Assembly: GCF_009914755.1 (NCBI RefSeq)
Contig: NC_060944.1
Reading direction: 5' to 3' (one strand)
From: the human T2T-CHM13v2.0 reference genome, Homo sapiens
Length of the DNA: 64,000 nucleotides
A program made the translations under genes and the position numbers. Below, one piece after another: positions 56,201 through 64,000 of this stretch. Under the pieces are notes generated by a model, which was not told the DNA's origin, did not search any database, and saw only the letters and a list, made by a program, of their open reading frames with translations. Position 1 is the stretch's first letter. The number at the start of each line of letters is the position of its first letter.

Positions 56201-59200
56201 GCAATGGAAAGCAATGGCATGGAATGGAATGGAAAGGAATGGAATGGAATGGAATGGAGTGGAATGGAATCAACCCGGGTGGAATGTAATGGAATGAAAT
56301 GGAATGGAATGGAATGGAATGAAATGGATTGGAATCAACCTGCGTGGAATGTAGTGCATTCGAATTGAATGGAATCAACAAGATAGGAATAGAATGAAAT
56401 GGAATGGAATTCAATGGAATGGAATGGAATGGAATGCAATGGAATCAACCCAAATGGAATGTAATGAAATGGAATTGAATGGAATTACCCCGAGTGAACT
56501 GGCAGGGAAAGGAACGGAATAGAATTTAATGGAATGGAATGGCATGCAATGGAATCAACACGAGTGCAATGGAATGCCATGAAATGGAATGCAATGCAAT
56601 GGAATGGAACCAATAAGAGGGGAATGGATTGGAATGGAGTGGAATGGAATGAAAGGGAATGGAATCAACCCGAGTGGAATGGAATGGAATGGAATGGAAT
56701 GGAATGGAATGGAATGGAAAGGAATGGAATGGAATGGAATGGAATGCAATGGAATGGAATACACCATAGTGGAATGGAATAGAATGGAATGGAATGGAGT
56801 GGAATCAACCCCATTGGAATGGAATGGAATGGAATTGAAAGGAATGGAATGGAATGGGATGGAATGGGTTGGAATCAAACCGAGTGGAATGGAATGGAAT
56901 GCAATGGAATGGAAAGGAATGGAATGGAATGAAATAAACCCGAATGGAATGGAATGAAATGGAATGGAATGGAATGGAATGGAATGGAATGGAATGGAAT
57001 GGAATGGAATAGAATGGAATGGAGTGGACTGGAATCAATCTGAGTGGAATGGAAAGGAATGGAAAGGAATGGAATTGAAGAGAATTGAATGGAATGGAAA
57101 GGAATGGAATGGAATGGAATGGAATGGAATGGAATGGAATGCAATGCAATGCAATGGAATCAACCAGAGTGGAATTGAGTGTAATGGATCGAAATGGAAT
57201 GGAATGGAATAAACCTGAGTAGAATGCAATGGTAGGGAATGGAATCGAATGGAATGGAATGGCATTGAATGGAATCAACACGAGTGGAATGGAATGGAAT
57301 GGATTGGATTGGAAAGTTATGGAATCAACCCGAATGGAATGTAATGGAAAGGAATGGAATGGAATGCAGTGTAATTAACCCGAGTGGAATGGAATGGTAT
57401 GGAGTGAAATGGAACGGAATGGAATGGTATGGAATGGAATGGAATGAAAAGGAAAGGAAAGCAATGGAATCAAAACGAGTGGAATGGAATGGAATGTAAA
57501 GAAATGAAGTGGAATTCAATAGAATCAACACGAGTGGAATGAAATGGAAAGGAATTTAACGGAATGGAATGGAATGGAATGGAATCCAATCCAATGTAAA
57601 GGAATGGAATGGAACGGAATAGAATGGAATGGAATGGAATGGAATGGAAAAAATTCGAGTGGAATGGAATGGAATGCAAAGTAATATAATGAAAATGAAT
57701 GGAATCCACCCGAATGGAAAGGAAAGGAATGGAATGGAATGGAATGGAATGGAATGGAATGGAATGGTATGGAGAGGAATGGAATTTAATGGAATGGAGA
57801 GGAATGGAATGGAATTGAATGGAATGGAATGCAAAGGAACGGAAAGGAATGGAATGGAATGGAATTGAATGGAGTCAACGCAAGTGTAATTGAATGGAAT
57901 GGAATGGAATGGAATGGAATGGAATGGAATGGAGATGAATGGAATGGAATTGATTTGAATGGAATGGAATCAAATAGAATAGAAACGAATGGAATGGAAT
58001 GGAATGCAGTGGAATGGAATGGAATGGAATCAACCCGTGTGGAATGTAAGGCAAAGGAATGGAATGGAATGGAATGGAATCAACAAAATTTGAAGGGAAG
58101 GGAATGGAATAGAATGGAATGGAATGGAATGGAATCTACAAAAGTGGAATGGAATGGAATGGAATACAATGGAATGGAATGGAATGGAATGGAATAAACC
58201 GGAGTGGAATGGAATGGAATGGAAGGCAATGGATTCGATTGGAACTTAATTAACCCGATTGGAATGGAGTGGAATGGAATGGAATGGAAAGAAGCCGATT
58301 GGAATGCAGTGGACTGAAAAGGAATGGAATTGAAAGGGATGGAATGGAATGGAATGGAACGCAATGGAATGGAGTGGAATGGAATGGAATCAACCCGAGT
58401 GGAATGGAATAGAATGGAATGGAATGCAATCAACCCAAGTGGAATGGAAAGGAGTGGAATGGAATCGAATGGAATGGATTGGAATGGAATGGAATCGAAT
58501 GCAATCGAATGGAATAGCATGGAAAGTAATGGAATGCAATGGAAAGGAATCAAGCCAGGTGGAATCGAAAGGAATGGAATGGAATTGAATGCAATGGAAT
58601 TGAATGGAATCAAGCCGAGTGGAATGTAATGGCATGGAATGGAGTGGAATGGAATGGAAAGGAATGGAATGGATTCAACGCGATTGGAAAGGAATGGAAT
58701 GGAATGGAATGGAATCAACCCGACTGGAATGGAGTGCAATGGAATGGAATGAAATGGAATGGAATGGAATGGAATGGAATGGAATGGAATGGAATGGAAT
58801 GGAATCAACGTGATTGTAAAGGAATGAAATGAAATGGAATGGAATGGAATGCAATTGAATCAACCCGATTGGAAAGGAATGGTTGGAATGGAAATGAAAG
58901 GAATGCAATGGAATGAAATCAACCCGAATGGAATGGAATGGAATGGAATGGAATGGAATGGAATGGAATGGAATCACCCAGAGTATAATTGAATGGAATG
59001 GAATGGAAGGGAATGGAATGGAATGGAATGGAATGGAATGGAATGGAATCCAATCCAATGTAAAGGAATGGAATGGAACGGAATAGAATGGAATGGAATG
59101 GAATGGAATGGAATGGAATGGACTGGAATGGAAAAAATTCGAGTGGAATGGAATGGAATGCAAAGTAATATAATGAAAATGAATGGAATCCACCCGAATG

Positions 59201-61385
59201 GAAAGGAAAGGAAAGGAATGGAATGGAATGGAATGGAATGGAATGGAATGGTATGGAGAGGAATGGAATTTAATGGAATGGAGAGGAATGGAATGGAATT
59301 GATTTGAATGGAATGGAATCAACTGGAATGGAATGGAATGGAATGGAATGGAATGGAATGGAATCAACTAGAATGGAAAGGAATGGAATGGAATGGAATG
59401 CAGTGGAATGGAATGGAATGGAATCAACCCGTGTGGAATGTAATGCAAAGGAATGGAATGGAATGGAATGGAATCAACAAAAGTGTAATGGAAGGGAATG
59501 GAATCGAATGGAATGGAATGGAATGGGAAACAATGGAGTCAACCCGAATGGAATCGAATGGAATGGAATGCAATGGAATGGAATGGTATAGAATGGAATG
59601 GGATGGAATGGAATCAAACCGAGTGGAGTGGAAGGGAATTGAATGAAATGGAATGGAATAAATTGGAATGGAAAAGAATGGAATGGAATGGAATGGGATG
59701 GAAAGGAATGGAATGGAATCAACCAGAGTGGAATGGAATGGAATGGAATGGAATGGAATGGAATCGGATAGAATGGAATCAAACCGAGTGGAGTGGAATG
59801 GAATTAAATGTAATGGAATGGAATAAATTAGAATGGAAAGGAATGGAATGGATTGGAGTGCAATCAACCACAGTGCAATGGAATTGAATGGAATGAAATG
59901 GAATGGAATCAACCCGAGTGGAATGGAATTGAATGGAATGGAATGGAATGGAATCAACCTGAGTGGAATGGAATTGAATGGAATGGAATGGAATTAACCC
60001 GAGTGAAATGGAATGGAAAGGAACGGAATGGAATTTAATGGAATGGAATGGAATGGAATCAACCTGAGTGGACTGGAATGAAATGGAGTGGAATGGAAAG
60101 CAATGGAATTGAATGGAATCAACCAGAGTTGAATGGAATTGAATGGAATGGAATGAAATGGAATCAACCCAAATGGAATGTAATGAAATGTAATTTAATG
60201 GAATTACCCCGAGTGAAATGGCATGGAAAGGAAAGGAATAAAATTTAATGGAATGGAATGGCATGCAATGGAATCAACCCCAGTGGAATGGAATGGCATG
60301 AAATGGAATGCAATGCAATGGAATGGAACCACTAAGAGTGGAATGGATTGGAATGGAATGGAATGGAATGAAAGGGAATGGAATCAACCCGAGAGGAATG
60401 GAATGGAATGGAATGCAATGGAATGGAATGGAATGCAATGGATTGGAATGGAATACACCAGAGTGGAATGGAATAGAATGGAATGGAATGGAGTGGAATC
60501 AACCCCAGTGGAATGGAATTGAATGGAATGGAATGGAATGGAATGGAATGGAATGGAATGCAATGGAATGGATTGGAATCAAACCGAGTGTAATGGAATG
60601 GAATGGAATGGAAAGTAATGGAATGGAATGAAATCAACCCGAGTGGATTGGAATGGAATGGGATGGAATAGAATGAAATTGAGTGGATTGGAATCAATCT
60701 GAGTGGAATGGAATGGAATGGAATTGAAGAGAATGGAATGGAATGCAATGGAATGGAATGGAATGGAATGGAATGGAATGGAATGGAATGGAAAGGAATC
60801 AACCAGAGTGGAATTGACTGTAATGGACCGGAATGGAATGGAATGGAATGGAATGGAATGGAATGGAATGGGAAGGAATGGAATAGAATGGAATGGAAAG
60901 GAATGGATTGGAGTGGAATGGAATGGAATGGAATGGAATGGAATGGAATGGAATGGTATCAATGCAAGTGTAATTGAATGGAATGGAATGGAATGGAATG
61001 GAGCAGAATGGAATGGAATTGATTTGAATGCAATGGAATCACCTGGAATCGAATGGAATGGAATGGAATCAAATAGAATGGAAAGGAATGGAATGGAATG
61101 GACTGCAGTTGAATGGAATGGAATGGAATCAACCTGTGTGGAATGTAATGCAAAGGAATGGAATGGAACGGAATGGAATGGAATGGAATGGAATGGAATG
61201 GAATGGAATCAACAAAAGTGGAATGGAAGGGAATGGAATAGAATGGAATGGAATGTAATGGAATTGAAAGCAAAGGAGTCAACCCGAATGGAATTGAATG
61301 GAATGGAATGCAATGGAATGGAATGGAATGCAGTGGAATGGAATGGAATGGAATGGAATGGAATGGAATGGAATGGAATGGAATG
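53206..61385 (+). repeat. ~9.5 kb higher-order duplication unit, copy 2 (truncated; homologous to ~43690-51640)
   Basis: It is colinear with copy 1 until a pure GGAAT tract at ~61340-61385, after which the sequence switches to the homolog of ~57005. Confidence 0.9.
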
Positions 61386-64000
61386 GAATAGAATGGAATG
61401 GAGTGGACTGGAATCAATCTGAGTGGAATGGAAAGGAATGGAATTGAAGAGAATGGAATGGAATGGAATGGAATGGAAAGGAATGGAATGGAATGCAGTG
61501 CAATGGAATCAACCAGAGTGGAATTGAGAGTAATGGATCGAAATGGAATGGAATGGAATGGAATGGAATAAACCTGAGTAGAATGCAATGGTAGGGAATG
61601 GAATCGAATGGAATGGAATGGCATTGAATGGAATCAACACGAGTGGAATGGAATGGAATGGATTGGATTGGAAAGTTATGGAATCAACCCGAATGGAATG
61701 TAATGGAAAGGAATGGAATGGAATGCAGTGTAATTAACCCGAGTGGAATGGAATGGTATGGAGTGAAATGGAACGGAATGGAATGGTATGGAATGGAATG
61801 GAATGAAAAGGAAAGGAAAGCAATGGAATCAAAACGAGTGGAATGGAATGGAATGTAAAGAAATGAAGTGGAATTCAATAGAATCAACACGAGTGGAATG
61901 AAATGGAAAGGAATTTAACGGAATGGAATGGAATGGAATGGAATCCAATCCAATGTAAAGGAATGGAATGGAACGGAATAGAATGGAATGGAATGGAATG
62001 GAATGGAATGGAATGGAATGGACTGGAATGGAAAAAATTCGAGTGGAATGGAATGGAATGCAAAGTAATATAATGAAAATGAATGGAATCCACCCGAATG
62101 GAAAGGAAAGGAAAGGAATGGAATGGAATGGAATGGAATGGAATGGAATGGAATGGAATGGAATGGAATGGTATGGAGAGGAATGGAATTTAATGGAATG
62201 GAGAGGAATGGAATGGAATTGATTTGAATGGAATGGAATCAACTGGAATTGAATGGAATGGAATGGAATGGAATTGAATCAACTAGAATGGAAAGGAATG
62301 GAATGGAATGGAATGCAGTGGAATGGAATGGAATGGAATCAACCCGTGTGGAATGTAATGCAAAGGAATGGAATGGAATGGAATGGAATCAACAAAAGTG
62401 TAATGGAAGGGAATGGAATCGAATGGAATGGAATGGAATGGAAAGCAATGGAGTCAACCCGAATGGAATCGAATGGAATGGAATGCAATGGAATGGAATG
62501 GTATAGAATGGAATGGGATGGAATGGAATCAAACCGAGTGGAGTGGAAGGGAATTGAATGAAATGGAATGGAATAAATTGGAATGGAAAGGAATGGAATG
62601 GAATGGAATGGGAAGGAATGGAATGGAATGGAATGGAATCAACCAGAGTGGAATGGAATGGAATGGAATGGAATGGAATCGGATAGAATGGAATCAAACC
62701 GAGTAGAGTGGAATGGAATTGAATGTAATGGAATGGAATAAATTAGAATGGAAAGGAATGGAATGGAATGGAGTGGAATCAACCAGATTGCAATGGAATT
62801 GAATGGAATGGAATGGAAAGGAATCAACCCGAGTGGAATGGAATTGAATGGAATGGAATGGAATGGAATCAACCCGAGTGGAATGGAATTGAATGGAATG
62901 GAATGGAATTAACAGGAGTGAAATGGAATGGAAAGGAACGGAATGGAATTTAATGGAATGGAATGGAATGGAATCAACCTGAGTGGACTGGAATGAAATG
63001 GAGTGGAATGGAAAGCAATGGAATTGAATGGAATCAACCAGAGTTGAATGGAATTGAATGGAATGGAATGAAATGGAATCAACCCAAATGGAATGTAATG
63101 AAATGTAATTTAATGGAATTACCCCGAGTGAAATGGCATGGAAAGGAAAGGAATAAAATTTAATGGAATGGAATGGCATGCAATGGAATCAACCCCAGTG
63201 GAATGGAATGGCATGAAATGGAATGCAATGCAATGGAATGGAACCATTAAGAGTGGAATGGATTGGAATGGAATGGAATGGAATGAAAGGGAATGGAATC
63301 AACCCGAGAGGAATGGAATGGAATGGAATGCAATGGAATGGAATGGAATGCAATGGATTGGAATGGAATACACCAGAGTGGAATGGAATAGAATGGAATG
63401 GAATGGAGTGGAATCAACCCCAGTGGAATGGAATTGAATGGAATGGAATGGAATGGAATGGAATGGAATGCAATGGAATGGATTGGAATCAAACCGAGTG
63501 TAATGGAATGGAATGGAATGGAAAGGAATGGAATGGAATGAAATCAACCCGAGTGGAATGGAATGGAATGGGATGGAATAGAATGAAATTGAGTGGATTG
63601 GAATCAATCTGAGTGGAATGGAATGGAATGGAATTGAAGAGAATGGAATGGAATGCAATGGAAAGGAATGGAATGGAATGGAATGGAAAGGAATCAACCA
63701 GAGTGGAATTGACTGTAATGGAATGGAATGGAATGGAATGGAATGGAATGGAATGGAATGGGAAGGAATGGAATAGAATGGAATGGAAAGGAATGGATTG
63801 GAGTGGAATGGAATGGAATAGAATGGAATGGAATGGAATGGTATCAATGCAAGTGTAATTGAATGGAATGGAATGGAATGCAATGGAGCGGAATGGAATG
63901 GAATTGATTTGAATGCAATGGAATCACCTGGAATCGAATGGAATGGAATGGAATCAAATAGAATGGAAAGGAATGGAATGGAATGGACTGCAGTTGAATG
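61386..64000 (+). repeat. Partial third copy of the 9.5 kb unit (homolog of ~57005-57600 joined to ~59060-61110), running off the window end
   Basis: ORF 61628 matches 57269 and 47733; 62253 is similar to 59308; 62963 matches 60048; 63138 matches 50707 and is near-identical to 60223. Confidence 0.88.

Larger units (their letters stand above)
1..64000 (+). repeat. Satellite III (HSat3-type, (GGAAT)n/(CATTC)n) pericentromeric tandem array, G-rich strand on +
   Basis: The window is continuous GGAAT pentamers with 1-nt variants (GCAAT, GGAAA, TGAAT, AGAAT, GGAGT, GTAAT) and recurrent CAACCCGAGT-type decamers, the known HSat3 hallmark. The HSat2-type GAATCATCATCGAAT 23/26-bp units are essentially absent. 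Orientation is constant throughout. Confidence 0.98.

Noticed and set aside
13-63883. Hundreds of 60-350 aa ORFs on both strands (MEWNG- and HSIPF-repeat peptides; longest 9884-10936 and 7701-8744)
   Set aside because: (GGAAT)n and (ATTCC)n contain no stop codon in any frame, so long overlapping ORFs are expected. There is no domain content or preferred frame, and stops and frameshifts differ between paralogous copies. They are not called as CDS.
1-64000. CRISPR-like repeat/spacer appearance (CAACCCGAGT motifs separated by variable-length tracts)
   Set aside because: The 'spacers' are GGAAT runs of irregular length rather than unique sequence, the motif is only 10 bp and degenerate, and there are no cas genes or leader. 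This is ordinary HSat3 structure.
1-64000. Embedded Alu/L1/LTR insertion, inversion, telomeric or alpha-satellite junction
   Set aside because: I saw no departure from + strand GGAAT-derived sequence longer than ~20 bp, no poly(A) tail or target-site duplication, and no strand switch.

Overview
The whole 64 kb is one uninterrupted, single-orientation array of classical primate Satellite III (HSat3-type). It consists of GGAAT/ATTCC pentamers with scattered variants, punctuated every few tens to about 150 bp by CAACCCGAGT-type decamers. I saw no genes, RNA genes, transposon insertions, inversions or unique sequence. The whole ORF track is an artefact: (GGAAT)n has no stop codon in any frame and reads MEWNG on + and HSIPF on -. 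I did not find a new gene-based biological system. What the window does contain is a readable, nested duplication history tracked by rare variant motifs. This includes a young ~9.5 kb tandem duplication (43.7-61.4 kb) plus a rearranged partial third copy, a chimeric ~12 kb duplicate of the 3.3-19 kb region at 23-35 kb, a ~610 bp triplication, a ~1.18 kb duplication, a templated insertion flanked by ~300 bp direct repeats, and CpG-decay series in the decamers. Breakpoint coordinates come from reading by eye and are approximate (tens of bp). Chromosome, subfamily and species cannot be assigned from the sequence alone.
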